From assembly GCA_002490245.1 (NCBI GenBank), contig PCNA01000001.1, positions 1 through 39,694 of the forward strand: a stretch of 39,694 bases of DNA. The letters are read 5' to 3'. Positions 9,633 through 18,985 of this stretch are shown here, piece by piece. The notes beneath the pieces are model-generated. The model was given only the letters and a program-made list of their open reading frames with translations, did not search any database and was not told where the DNA came from. A program made the translations under genes and the position numbers. The stretch is from Candidatus Bathyarchaeota archaeon B24-2 (GTDB taxonomy: Archaea; Thermoproteota; Bathyarchaeia; Bathyarchaeales; B24-2). Each line of letters opens with the position of its first letter. Position 1 is the first letter of the stretch.

Positions 9633-10373
9633 TTACTCTCTTAAATTTCTTGGCGTCGGGAATAACTTAAGAACGCGCTTCGTTCTGAACTGAACGAATC
9701 TCTCCGCGTACTTTACGCCTGCCTGTCTTCCGCAGTATAGCGCTACTTGAGTGTAGTAGTCGGCGTTGTTTCTCTGACTCTTCCAGAACGGTTCGAGAGC
9801 TTTCATCTTGACCTCCCAGACGTCTGTCACGTCGATGTATATGTCTTCGAGGAATCCTGTTATGGGGCCGTATGTTTCGGCGGGTTCGAAGAAGTATATG
9901 TCCTCAAAGCTCCACGGCTTCAAACCTGTTTCTTTAAGCTTCTCTGGGTCGGCTGCTAGCTCTCTAGCTTTAAAGCAGATAGACTTGGCCGTAAGTCTAT
10001 GGTCGTCGTAGAGGGTCATCATCCAATGTGTCAAAACGATGTGTGGCCTCGTCCTCCTTATAACCTCGGCGACCTTCAGCTGCTTCTCCTCTGTTAACGG
10101 ATGTATAGAGAAGTTATCGTCGAAGCCAAGCATTATAGGTTTAACCCCTAAGATCTCGGCTGACTCGAGGAACTCTTCTCTCCTTATCGATTTAGCCTTA
10201 TCGATGGTCATCTCAGGCTTCTCCCACAGAAGCTGCGACTCCATAGTCTCCCCGAAGGTGAGGCAAGCCATGTAAACTTCATGTCCTTCCTTCACATATC
10301 TAGCCACTGTTCCTCCAGCCCTTTTAGGTACGTCGGCTGGATGAGCACCTATAGCTAAAACCCTTAGCCTCAT
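9633..10373 (-). CDS. PIG-L/LmbE-family protein resembling GalB-type 4-oxalomesaconate hydratase
   Basis: AHPAD..RAGG (instead of the deacetylase HPDD), CLTFGE..ES..LW, RREE..AEILG, DH, FEP and YYTQVAL..G.QA. Confidence 0.7.
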   Translation of the reverse strand: MRLRVLAIGAHPADVPKRAGGTVARYVKEGHEVYMACLTFGETMESQLLWEKPEMTIDKAKSIRREEFLESAEILGVKPIMLGFDDNFSIHPLTEEKQLKVAEVIRRTRPHIVLTHWMMTLYDDHRLTAKSICFKARELAADPEKLKETGLKPWSFEDIYFFEPAETYGPITGFLEDIYIDVTDVWEVKMKALEPFWKSQRNNADYYTQVALYCGRQAGVKYAERFVQFRTKRVLKLFPTPRNLRE

Positions 10374-10469
10374 CTACATCCACCACACAAACATCTTAAA
10401 CCGAAACTTTAAGAGCGTTTCTGCTTCAAGAAAATCGAAAAAGATTTTGAGGTGTAAAGCCGCTAAGTA

Positions 10470-11186
10470 TTAAGCGAGATCCCTTAGATATTTCTCCACT
10501 ATCCTAATGCATTCCTCTATTTCTTTCCAGCCGTCTCTCAGCGCCAGAAGTCCATGTCCTGGCAGTAGAATATCCGGCTTTACAGTCTCTAAGAGTTTTC
10601 TTAGAGAATTCAGGTAGGTCTCTATATCCTTTTGGTTTCTCTTTCCGACCCAAGCAGTGATTGGATGACCAGCCATTAATCCCCTCTCGCATTTAAAGGC
10701 CACGTCTCCAGTGAATAGTACAGATTTGCCGTCCACCTCGATTAGGTAGCATAGGTCTCCTCCCTCCCTTGTATGTCCCGGGGTATCCAAAATGTGAACT
10801 TCAAGGTCCCCGAAAGTTAGTGATTCTCCTCCATGCAGTTTGATCTCAACCTGAGCCGATAGGAGCTTATCCCGCCGCTTCCGAAATTCTCTCTCTATAA
10901 TCTCAGCCGTTATCTCATGTGCGGCTAATCTACATTCGAAGAGCCTCTTAGCCTTATACGCTCCGCCAGCGTGATCCATGTGTGGATGTGTTATGAAGAG
11001 CACTGATACATCGCTAGGATTTAGGCCTTCAGCCCTAATATTCTCCTTTATGAGCTTTACGTCATCCTCCGACCCAATATCCACGAGGAGGAGGTCTCCT
11101 CCCGTATCGATGAGGTATACGTTACACCCTCTTGAGAGGTTATATCCGGCTCCCCCAACTATGTATACGCCATCTATAATCCTCAT
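10470..11186 (-). CDS. Metallo-beta-lactamase-fold hydrolase
   Basis: THPHMDH, TPGHT, LFTGD and LPGHG motifs. Confidence 0.9.
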   Translation of the reverse strand: MRIIDGVYIVGGAGYNLSRGCNVYLIDTGGDLLLVDIGSEDDVKLIKENIRAEGLNPSDVSVLFITHPHMDHAGGAYKAKRLFECRLAAHEITAEIIEREFRKRRDKLLSAQVEIKLHGGESLTFGDLEVHILDTPGHTREGGDLCYLIEVDGKSVLFTGDVAFKCERGLMAGHPITAWVGKRNQKDIETYLNSLRKLLETVKPDILLPGHGLLALRDGWKEIEECIRIVEKYLRDLA

Positions 11187-11254
11187 TTATCTATCCCCAA
11201 GATAACACCACAAATTTATGCTTTATGGAGTAATTAAATTTCCCCGTCATTTTT

Positions 11255-11369
11255 GGTGGGTATAGCGTCTATAGGCTGAAGTTGTGTTGACGAGAGGCTT
11301 ATGGTAAAGACCATGAAGAGCATCGCAAGAGAGCTTATGGTGAAGATACACATCCACAACATGTCGTAA
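11255..11369 (+). mobile_element. Probable decayed IS5-family transposase C-terminal remnant
   Basis: 11286-11369 reads VDERLMVKTMKSIARELMVKIHIHNMS*. From memory this resembles the C-terminus of archaeal IS5-type DDE transposases (GExxMAKTxxxxxRELxxKxxxxN). No intact ORF or terminal repeats are visible. Confidence 0.4.
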
Positions 11370-11503
11370 ACCTATAAACGACGGAACAGGAGAGAGCGGG
11401 AAAGATGCAAAGCCTATACTCAAGAAAGAAGAAACAACCATAAAACCAATTACTACAAAAGCAAAAATGCAATTTATTTATAAACTCAAAAACCTTTTAC
11501 AGT

Positions 11504-11514
11504 AACCTTTTTAT
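11504..11514 (+). promoter_or_regulatory. Putative BRE/TATA box of the sugar ABC operon
   Basis: AACCTTTTTAT about 45 nt before the ATG at 11558, with an SD-like GGGTGA just upstream of the start. Confidence 0.45.
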
Positions 11515-11557
11515 CGTATGCTCTAAAAAGAAATCTTGAGCTAAAGGGTGAACATAT

Positions 11558-13093
11558 ATGTCCGAGCGAGTTAGTCGTCGTAAGTATATCGCTGTCGCCG
11601 GCGCCGCTGCGGCCGCAGCAGTAATCGGTGGAGCAGCATACTATCTGACCAGGCCTGTACCTCCGGCACCCACGCCTACACCTGCACCTACACCTGCACC
11701 TACGCCGAAACCTACCGCTACACCGGCTCCCACACCTGCCCCTACTCCTAAACCTACGCCAAAGCCAACACCTAAACCTACGGCTACGCCGAAACCTACG
11801 CCTAAACCTACACCGACTCCTTCACCTACCGCTACACCGAAGCCTACGCCTACCGCGAAGACACAGGTCACAGTCTGGACCTTCCCGATAGGAGACCCCG
11901 AAAAGTGGAAGGAACACTTGGTCGAGATGGAGAAGGTGTTTGAAGGTCTCCATCCTGAAGTAGACCTCGTGTTCCAGACGTATCCATGGGCGAATAGGGA
12001 TGCTAGGATGATCACGGCCGTCGCAGGCGGTGTAGCTCCCGACATATGCTATCTGAACACTAGGCACATCGCAAAGCTCAGCCACTTAGGTGCATTGAGA
12101 TACGTGGACGACCTGTTACCAGACATCTACCTTAAGGACGCCAAGCCAAGCCTCATAGAGGCATATACTTGGGATAACCATATATGGGCTGGAGTAAACC
12201 TAGTGTCGACGCCTTACGTATGGGTCTATAACCCAGACATCTTCGACGAATGTGGAATCACGAACCGCCCCTCCATAAACAATCCGTGGAGCTGGGAGGA
12301 TATGACCAATGCAGCCATAGCGTTGAAGGAGCATGGATACTACATCGGATGGCCGACTAGGCCCTCGGTCGTATGCTTCGTTAGACCTAGCCTACAGCAG
12401 GCTGGCGTCGACATATGTAAGGAGGGGAAGCCTTGGGCTACCGACGTCCTCTTCGATAACGAGGCGGGCGTAGAGTTCTTCAGATGGTACGGTGAGATGT
12501 GGTATAAACACAAGGCGGCGCATCCGTCGCTTGTGGGAAGTATACCTGGAGCCACGATGAATGATCTGTTCGCTACAAAGAAGATAGGGATAATTCAAGC
12601 CGTGGATACGGGATTCTGCGACTACATGCTCAAGAACGCACCTGACGTACCTTGGGAGGTCGGCGGTGTCCTCTATAACGAGAGAGCAGGGAAGGAACAT
12701 ATGGCGGTAGACGTCGTTCCCGGTATGTGGGGCGTATTTACACAGACATACAACAAGCATCCTGAAGCGACGAAAGCGGCCTTCGAGTGGTTAATGACGC
12801 CGGAAGCTATAGAGATGTGGATAAAGAGATACGGCTTCAGCTCACCCTACAAGTCTCAGGAAGGCTGGCTTAAAGGCACGGAGATCTGGGAGAAATACAA
12901 GCTAGAGGACTGGACGCCTTGGGCTAAGTACGGCTATCCAGAGTGGGGCAACCATCCTGCAGCCAACGACATATACCACATCTTCTGGTCTGAGATCGAG
13001 GCCTGCTGTCTAGGACAGAAGACGCCTGAGCAAGCATGCCACGACTGCGCTGAAGCGTGCAGAAAGGCGATGAAAGAAGCCATCAGACTCTAG
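11558..13093 (+). CDS. Carbohydrate ABC transporter substrate-binding protein with Tat-type N-terminal anchor and Pro/Thr linker
   Basis: SRRKYI twin-arginine motif plus hydrophobic helix, PT-rich linker, then an SBP_bac_1-like body ([28 protein letters not shown]). Confidence 0.9.
   Translation: MSERVSRRKYIAVAGAAAAAAVIGGAAYYLTRPVPPAPTPTPAPTPAPTPKPTATPAPTPAPTPKPTPKPTPKPTATPKPTPKPTPTPSPTATPKPTPTAKTQVTVWTFPIGDPEKWKEHLVEMEKVFEGLHPEVDLVFQTYPWANRDARMITAVAGGVAPDICYLNTRHIAKLSHLGALRYVDDLLPDIYLKDAKPSLIEAYTWDNHIWAGVNLVSTPYVWVYNPDIFDECGITNRPSINNPWSWEDMTNAAIALKEHGYYIGWPTRPSVVCFVRPSLQQAGVDICKEGKPWATDVLFDNEAGVEFFRWYGEMWYKHKAAHPSLVGSIPGATMNDLFATKKIGIIQAVDTGFCDYMLKNAPDVPWEVGGVLYNERAGKEHMAVDVVPGMWGVFTQTYNKHPEATKAAFEWLMTPEAIEMWIKRYGFSSPYKSQEGWLKGTEIWEKYKLEDWTPWAKYGYPEWGNHPAANDIYHIFWSEIEACCLGQKTPEQACHDCAEACRKAMKEAIRL
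11653..11860 (+). repeat. Coding low-complexity tandem repeats (PTPAPT/PTPKPT linker)
   Basis: Degenerate cctac(a/g)cc units encoding a ~70-aa Pro/Thr linker. Confidence 0.9.
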
Positions 13094-13125
13094 AATGCTA
13101 GTGAGGTGAAAAACTTTTTAAACTT

Positions 13126-13140
13126 CTCTCCCTTTTTTTT
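13126..13140 (+). terminator. Pyrimidine/oligo-T tract between the SBP and permease genes
   Basis: ctctccctttttttt 35-45 nt after the SBP stop, typical of an archaeal U-tract terminator. Confidence 0.45.
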
Positions 13141-13161
13141 GAATGTCTGGAGAGATGTTTA

Positions 13162-14079
13162 TTGAGCTTGAGTCGAAGATTAAGGGAAGGATGGAAGAAA
13201 GCCTCAAGATACAGAGTTTATTACTTCATGATCATACCTTACTTGATAGGTTTCGTTGCCTTCCAGTTATATCCTATAGTGGAGGCATTCCGTCTAAGTC
13301 TATACTCGTTTGCTGGGGGTAGAGGCGGAGGATTTTTTGCCCAACCCGTATATGTAGGGTTGAGAAACTTCGAACGAATGTTTAACGATTCGATTTTTAT
13401 AATCTCGTTAAGGAACACCGTGATATACACTATAGGCTTCGTGTGTATGGCGACTGCTGTTGCACTGATCATGGCGCTGGTGTTATGGGAGAACCTAAAA
13501 GGGACAACTTTCTTCAGGACTGCTTACTTTCTACCCTTTGCTACCTCGTCGATCATAGTTTCCATAGTCTGGAAGAACATGCTTCAGCCGATGGGGGTAG
13601 CAAACTTCATCCTCAACCAGCTTGGGTTGCCTAGTCTGCCTTGGCTTACAAATGGTGATCTCGCCCTTTTTGCTGTTATGATTGTAAGTGTTTGGCAGAC
13701 CTTCGGATATTACGCCGTCATTCTCTTAGCTGGCCTCCAAGCTATGCCTAAAGACTTTTACGAGGCGGCCAAGGTTGACGGTGCGGGGGCATTCGCGACC
13801 TTGCGTTATATAACCCTTCCGTTACTGAAGCCTATGCTGTTCGTAGTTATCTTCTTAGCCACGATAAGCGGCTTCCAAGTTTATGACCAAATCTATGGGC
13901 TAACTAGAGGAGGCCCTGGATACGCTACCATGACTTTAACCTATTACCTCTACTGGAAGGGCTTCGAGAACTTTGAGTTAGGATTAGCGGACGCGGTCGG
14001 TATATTCGTCTTCTTCGTCTCTCTTGGATTAGCTTTGATTCAAAGGAAAGCTCTTGAAGCTGGAAAAAGTTACGTGTAA
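13162..14079 (+). CDS. Carbohydrate ABC transporter permease (MalF/UgpA type)
   Basis: YVGLRNF, FFRTAYFLP, EAA loop (YEAAKVDGA) and TRGGPG. Confidence 0.92.
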   Translation: MSLSRRLREGWKKASRYRVYYFMIIPYLIGFVAFQLYPIVEAFRLSLYSFAGGRGGGFFAQPVYVGLRNFERMFNDSIFIISLRNTVIYTIGFVCMATAVALIMALVLWENLKGTTFFRTAYFLPFATSSIIVSIVWKNMLQPMGVANFILNQLGLPSLPWLTNGDLALFAVMIVSVWQTFGYYAVILLAGLQAMPKDFYEAAKVDGAGAFATLRYITLPLLKPMLFVVIFLATISGFQVYDQIYGLTRGGPGYATMTLTYYLYWKGFENFELGLADAVGIFVFFVSLGLALIQRKALEAGKSYV

Positions 14080-14092
14080 GGAGGATTGAAGG

Positions 14093-14929
14093 TTGAACTA
14101 TGTAAAAATCTTGAGTAGAGCCGTGTTCTATGCGGTGTTGATAGCGATAGCCTTCTACACACTGTTCCCTCTATACCATATGTTTATAGTTTCTTTTCAA
14201 CCCTCTGCCGTAGGTCTCTTCACCGATATATCTCTAATCCCTAGAGGCTTCTCCCTGAAGAACTACATAGACCTGTTTACCACGACCGCTATGCCTCGAT
14301 GGATCGTAAACACCGCGATATACGCTAGTTTCGTAGCCTTGGGAACCATCCTGCTAGACTCTCTCACGGCGTTCGCTTTATCTAAGGGAAGATTCCCCCT
14401 AAAAGAATTCTTCTTCGTTCTCATACTCAGCGGACTTATGATCCCGATTCAGGCAATATTGATCCCGCTCTTCAAGGTTATGGTAACCTTGAACTGGGTG
14501 AACACGTATTGGGGAATCATCATACCGGGAATAGTCAGCCCCTCCGGGGTTTTCTTGCTACGTCAATACATGCTCAGCATCCCAGACGAGCTATTAGACT
14601 CTGCTAGGGTAGACGGTAGTTCAGAGTTCTCTCTTTATTGGAGGATAACACTTCCTCTCTCTACACCTATGATAGCGACCGTCGCCGCGCTTAAGTTCAT
14701 AATGCACTGGAACGCCTTTCTCTTCCCGCTTATAATGATGAGAGACGAGAACATGTTCACTATTCCGGTCGGGATAGCCACGTTTCAGGCCTGGGCGGGA
14801 GCCTCTCTTTGGGGTCAGATAATGGCCGGCTCGGTCGTAGCGGTTATCCCGACCATAGTGGTGTTCCTTACGTTCCAGAAGAAGATAGTGGAGAGCTTAG
14901 CGCTCAGAGCTAGGGTGATAAAGAGATAA
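14093..14929 (+). CDS. Carbohydrate ABC transporter permease (MalG/UgpE type)
   Basis: FLLRQY..SIPDELLDSARVDG, WNAFLFPL and TIPVG. Confidence 0.92.
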   Translation: MNYVKILSRAVFYAVLIAIAFYTLFPLYHMFIVSFQPSAVGLFTDISLIPRGFSLKNYIDLFTTTAMPRWIVNTAIYASFVALGTILLDSLTAFALSKGRFPLKEFFFVLILSGLMIPIQAILIPLFKVMVTLNWVNTYWGIIIPGIVSPSGVFLLRQYMLSIPDELLDSARVDGSSEFSLYWRITLPLSTPMIATVAALKFIMHWNAFLFPLIMMRDENMFTIPVGIATFQAWAGASLWGQIMAGSVVAVIPTIVVFLTFQKKIVESLALRARVIKR

Positions 14930-14963
14930 AAGGCTCTTCCATCTTTACCTTAGCTGCCAGTCT

Positions 14964-14978
14964 GAAAAGATTTAAATA
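14964..14978 (+). promoter_or_regulatory. Putative BRE/TATA box upstream of alba
   Basis: GAAAAGATTTAAATA matches the archaeal BRE+TATA consensus. Confidence 0.45.
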
Positions 14979-15047
14979 TTAGATTTAAAATGGGAAAGTT
15001 AAGAAAAAGGTTAGAAGTTCAAGTGAAAATGTTTGGAGGTAGAGTCG

Positions 15048-15392
15048 ATGAGTACAGAACCTAAAGCTGAAGGTGAAGCCGAAGGAGAGGTTTCTCAAAC
15101 CCAACCTAAAGAGGAGCTAGATAATGCAGTCTTAGTGGGTAAAAAACCTGTGATGTCGTACGTCGTTGCTTGCCTAACGTTCTTCAACGCTGGTAAAAAC
15201 GAAGTAGTCGTGAAAGCCCGAGGAAGAGCGATAAGCAAAGCCGTAGACACGGTGGAACTTCTAAGAAGGTCTTTCATGAAGGAGATAAAGATAAAGGACA
15301 TAAAGATAGGGACGGTCGAACTGACACGTGCTGAAGGAACGAAGGCTAACGTATCGACGATCGAGATCTCGCTGGTGAAGGAAAAAGAATAA
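15048..15392 (+). CDS. albA: DNA/RNA-binding protein Alba
   Basis: [25 protein letters not shown] and VSTIEI. The ATG at 15048 follows a GGAGGT SD and is preferred over the TTG at 15033. Confidence 0.95.
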   Translation: MSTEPKAEGEAEGEVSQTQPKEELDNAVLVGKKPVMSYVVACLTFFNAGKNEVVVKARGRAISKAVDTVELLRRSFMKEIKIKDIKIGTVELTRAEGTKANVSTIEISLVKEKE

Positions 15393-15449
15393 AAGCGCAG
15401 GCGACGCTGGAGAATAGACCTGCCTTAACACTTTTAATCCTTTTATCTG

Positions 15450-15893
15450 TTAGATTATCCTGAAGTCCTCCTTAACGGTAGTTAGGACTACGTGTGTATT
15501 CGTTCTTTCGACGTAAGGTAAGCTTAGTAAGTTCTTGGTGAAGTCGCTCAGCGATTTCCTATCCTTAAATTTAGCTATGACTATGGCATCTGTCAATCCG
15601 GTGATATCGTATACACAGCAGACGTTCGGTATTTTAGCTACTTCCTTCTCAACTTCGACGAGTTTTCCTTTAGAGACCGTGATTTCCGTTATCACGGTGA
15701 GCTCATAACCGAGTTCTTCATGGTTTAATATGGCCGAATATCCCATTATTACGTTTCCTTTCTCCATCTTCTTAATTCTGGAGATAACAGTCCCTATAGC
15801 CACACCTACCTTATCGGCGATCGCCCTATAGGAGAGTCTAGCATTCTTGAGTAGCTCTCGCAAGATCTTAATGTCTAACTCATCCAAATCCAA
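15450..15893 (-). CDS. Lrp/AsnC family transcriptional regulator
   Basis: LDELDIKILRELLKNARLSYRAIA HTH and VYDITGLTD RAM domain. The probable start is TTG 15893 after GGGTG; the longer ORF extension is AT-rich promoter sequence. Confidence 0.9.
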   Translation of the reverse strand: MDLDELDIKILRELLKNARLSYRAIADKVGVAIGTVISRIKKMEKGNVIMGYSAILNHEELGYELTVITEITVSKGKLVEVEKEVAKIPNVCCVYDITGLTDAIVIAKFKDRKSLSDFTKNLLSLPYVERTNTHVVLTTVKEDFRII

Positions 15894-16047
15894 TATGGAC
15901 ACCCGAAAATAAATATAGTAAAATCTCCGATAAAATATTTTTATTTTAAGTAAACGTTTGTCCATTAACAATATATAAGAGGTTACTAATTTAAACGATG
16001 GTCTACCATTAGCTTAACGTTTAGACTAAGAAGCTTTGTTGGTGGGT

Positions 16048-17550
16048 TTACACTTCCAACTCTGTGGTTTTTATGTTAGTTAATTGTATCGCTCCGGATG
16101 GGTCCGTGGTTACTAAAGCTCTTTTAACCTTTATATGGTCGCCTTTACTCAGGTTCTTCACTATATAAGCTTGCTCTCTCCATACCTTAAGCCGTATTCT
16201 GCCTGTTTCGTCTCCGATCTCTAGTATGGCTAGTGGAATCTTCTCTCCTTTCACGTCCACCTCTCTAACCTGTGGTGGAGAATTCACTTTTCCCTCGACC
16301 GTTACGAGAACGTCCCTTCTGGTGAGTTCTCCTATCTTCTTTGGTTTTAGTTCGACGTCGTTCAATTTCTTATACTCCTGTGTCATGCGTTTAACTTCTA
16401 TGCGTCCATTATCGTTTAGGTTTAGGTTTAACCTTCCAAACCTCTCGGTTATGTGTCCACCCTCGACGAGGATTAGGTCTCCCATTTTTAAGTTTTCGAG
16501 GATCTCGGCTTTTTCGTCCCATAAGTTCACTTGCAAGATTCCTGTCCCGTCGCTGAGAAATATTCTAGCCATCTTCCCTTCGCTTCCGTCTTTACGCCTA
16601 AACTCTTTTATATCATCTAGGGATACGAGTTTTCCTAAGACTTTAAGTCTACGGTCTAAGTCTATGTTTGCTTGTAGGTCTCTTATGGTAGGTATGTCCG
16701 TTTCAAAATAGTTTCCCATAACTTTAACGATCGAACTCTTATCTATGTGTAACTCGATAGAGTCGCCGTTCATCTTCTTCACTCTGCCGTTAACTATTTG
16801 AACTAGATCCCCGACCCTAAGGTCTCTTAACTCGTCGACTTTCTCGTTCCATAAAACTACGGTGAGTTTTCCTGTTTCATCGCTTAAAAGTATTCGACGA
16901 ACCTTCCCCTTAGTTCCGTCGCTTCTATCGAACTCGTGAACATCAAAGACTTTGTGTACGAAGCCTCTCAAGCTCACCTTTCCCTTCTTTTTAGGTAAGT
17001 CGCTTATCTTCAGGTCAAAGTATTCTATCGAAGGATAACGATCGTCCATCGGTTTTTCTGGCAAAACTTCTAGACTGCCTTTAGAGCCTAGATGAACTTC
17101 TAGGTCTCCTCTTAACCCACGGCGAACATAACCGTGAAGAACCTTAACTACGTCTCCACGAGCTATCTTCTGACTAGAGATCAATTCGACTTTATCGTCC
17201 CAGACCACTACCGAGACCACTCCCTTCCTGTCTCCCACCTCTAGCTTAGCGTATTTCCCCTCCGTTCCATCCCTCCTCTTAAAGCTCCTCGGAGGATAGA
17301 CCGCGAGAACCCTTCCTGAAAACGTGACGTCGTCTAAGCCTGAGATTAGGTCGTCGATCTCTAAATCCCTCTTCCCTCTAGAGTACTCGAGCTTAACCCC
17401 CAACTCTGAAGCCACTATCCTAGCGGCCCCCTCATCGGTCAGATAACCCTTAGCTTCTCTCTTCTTTTCTTCGATCAAGTTCATAAGTTCCTCGTACTTC
17501 ATCTCTTTGTTCTCGTCTAGTATCCTACGCACTATCTCCTCGAACTTCAT
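16048..17550 (-). CDS. rpa: Replication protein A / multi-OB-fold ssDNA-binding protein
   Basis: N-terminal EEKK...YLTDEGAARIVA helix and four OB repeats (F.R.DG..GK, DETG...V.LW). Confidence 0.85.
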   Translation of the reverse strand: MKFEEIVRRILDENKEMKYEELMNLIEEKKREAKGYLTDEGAARIVASELGVKLEYSRGKRDLEIDDLISGLDDVTFSGRVLAVYPPRSFKRRDGTEGKYAKLEVGDRKGVVSVVVWDDKVELISSQKIARGDVVKVLHGYVRRGLRGDLEVHLGSKGSLEVLPEKPMDDRYPSIEYFDLKISDLPKKKGKVSLRGFVHKVFDVHEFDRSDGTKGKVRRILLSDETGKLTVVLWNEKVDELRDLRVGDLVQIVNGRVKKMNGDSIELHIDKSSIVKVMGNYFETDIPTIRDLQANIDLDRRLKVLGKLVSLDDIKEFRRKDGSEGKMARIFLSDGTGILQVNLWDEKAEILENLKMGDLILVEGGHITERFGRLNLNLNDNGRIEVKRMTQEYKKLNDVELKPKKIGELTRRDVLVTVEGKVNSPPQVREVDVKGEKIPLAILEIGDETGRIRLKVWREQAYIVKNLSKGDHIKVKRALVTTDPSGAIQLTNIKTTELEV

Positions 17551-17673
17551 AGTTTAATCAACTCGATAAACATCGAGTAACCTTAAGCACGCCTCAACCT
17601 ACAGGTAGTCTATCAACCTAGACTCCATATTAAGATTTATCTTTGAGAAATCCTCCATTAAGGTTGGTGTAGT

Positions 17674-17937
17674 ATGGGGATGGAGCTGAACCTCCTAACG
17701 GTCGGGTTGATCCTAGTCTTCCTAGGGTTTGCTCTCGCTTTCATCTCGGTGCTCGTTATGTCGTTTGGTGGATTGAGGAGGGGTAAAAAGGCGAAGGGTG
17801 GTGGAATAGTGATGATAGGCCCTATCCCCATAATCTTCGGAACCGATAAGGAGAGTTTAAAGGTTCTTATGGTCCTCGGGATAGTGTTAACCGTTATACT
17901 CTTTGTATTCATGTTTGTTCTGAGTAGACTTCTGTGA
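17674..17937 (+). CDS. DUF131 (TIGR00304-like) small membrane protein
   Basis: GGGIVMIGPIPIIFG signature between two TM helices. Confidence 0.85.
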   Translation: MGMELNLLTVGLILVFLGFALAFISVLVMSFGGLRRGKKAKGGGIVMIGPIPIIFGTDKESLKVLMVLGIVLTVILFVFMFVLSRLL

Positions 17938-18386
17938 TTAGGGAGGGAACGCTCATGCCCGTTTGTGAAGTATGCGGTGAAAGACCCGCAAAGTATGTTT
18001 GTCAAAACTGTGGAAGATTGGTCTGCGAGAGTTGCGTTGCTCCTGAAGGTTTACTCTGCCCAGAATGTTCGACGTTGCTCGATAGAAGGGAAGAGATAGA
18101 GGATTCTCAGTTTAACGTTTTTTCCGGCTTCCTGAACCCTATAAACCTCTTCTTCATGAGCGTCCTACTCATTTTCATCGGTTTCTTCTGTATCATGTTA
18201 GGTAGCATAACCGGCGGAAGACTAGAGGGGTTAGGCGCGATTATAATGATAGGGCCCATCCCGATCATAGTTGGGGCAGGCCCCCTCTCGACGGAAGTGA
18301 TCCTTATAGGGGTTGTAGTTACGATAATCGCTGTGATATTGTTCGTGTTGTCTCTCTATGAGCGCAGGCGGTCCTTGTCTTCCTGA
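17934..18386 (+). CDS. Cys-rich zinc-finger (B-box-like) fused to a DUF131-type membrane domain
   Basis: CEVC..CQNCGRLVCESC..CPEC followed by TM helices with IMIGPIPII. The real start may be the ATG at 17955. Confidence 0.8.
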   Translation: MIREGTLMPVCEVCGERPAKYVCQNCGRLVCESCVAPEGLLCPECSTLLDRREEIEDSQFNVFSGFLNPINLFFMSVLLIFIGFFCIMLGSITGGRLEGLGAIIMIGPIPIIVGAGPLSTEVILIGVVVTIIAVILFVLSLYERRRSLSS

Positions 18387-18389
18387 GGC

Positions 18390-18497
18390 TTATTTCTCCT
18401 TTTCTATGGCCATGAACACGAATATCAATATTAAAGTTAACAGAGCGATTGCCTGAATAAAGCCGACGAGTGTGTCGAAGTATGTTCCCAACTCCAT
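18390..18497 (-). CDS. 35-aa single-pass membrane protein (below the ORF-track cutoff)
   Basis: MELGTYFDTLVGFIQAIALLTLILIFVFMAIEKEK*, with a purine-rich GAGAGGGA upstream. It fills the gap without overlapping neighbours. Confidence 0.55.
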   Translation of the reverse strand: MELGTYFDTLVGFIQAIALLTLILIFVFMAIEKEK

Positions 18498-18544
18498 CTC
18501 TGAGTTCCCTCTCAACTTAACCTTCTAAGATTAGGATTTGATAT

Positions 18545-18940
18545 TTAAGAAGTTTGTTTCTTCCAGTCTTCTAAGAGGAAATCGTAGAGTGAGTCTTCCT
18601 CCTCGATCAGGTCGAACTCCCCTGTGGTTTCGGCGATCCAGCAGGCGATCAAATGGTAGCATAGCGAGGCCTCATCGTTCATGATCCTATAGTAATAGTC
18701 GTCGCATGAACAGAAACTCACCTTCGGTAAGACTATATATTCGCGTTTCTTGCCCACCACTATCCAGATAACCCTTCCACTCGGTTTAAAAACGTACTTC
18801 TTGACTTTTCTTTTCTTGACCGCCTCCAACGCCCTCGAGAATCTATCCTCGTCGCTTAACATCGCGTTCAATATATCTTCAGGAAACCCTTTATCACGCA
18901 GTTTCCTACAGACTTCCTTAAGCTCTGAGGCTCTGTCCAC
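18545..18940 (-). CDS. SWIM zinc-finger protein
   Basis: FCSC-x-CYH SWIM motif and WIVVGK..EY. Confidence 0.85.
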   Translation of the reverse strand: MDRASELKEVCRKLRDKGFPEDILNAMLSDEDRFSRALEAVKKRKVKKYVFKPSGRVIWIVVGKKREYIVLPKVSFCSCDDYYYRIMNDEASLCYHLIACWIAETTGEFDLIEEEDSLYDFLLEDWKKQTS

Positions 18941-18985
18941 CTACTTACACTTCCTTGCCGTATTCTGTTTAAGCCACCTACACGT

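Noticed and set aside
11653..11860. CRISPR-like periodicity
   Set aside because: Degenerate codon-level repeats inside a CDS, with no constant repeat or unique spacers.
11641..12045. Gly/Val-rich minus-strand ORF
   Set aside because: Antisense shadow of the Pro/Thr linker in the solute-binding protein.
15894..15971. N-terminal extension of the Lrp ORF
   Set aside because: AT-rich promoter-like sequence. Family homology begins at LDLDELD after an SD-like GGGTG.
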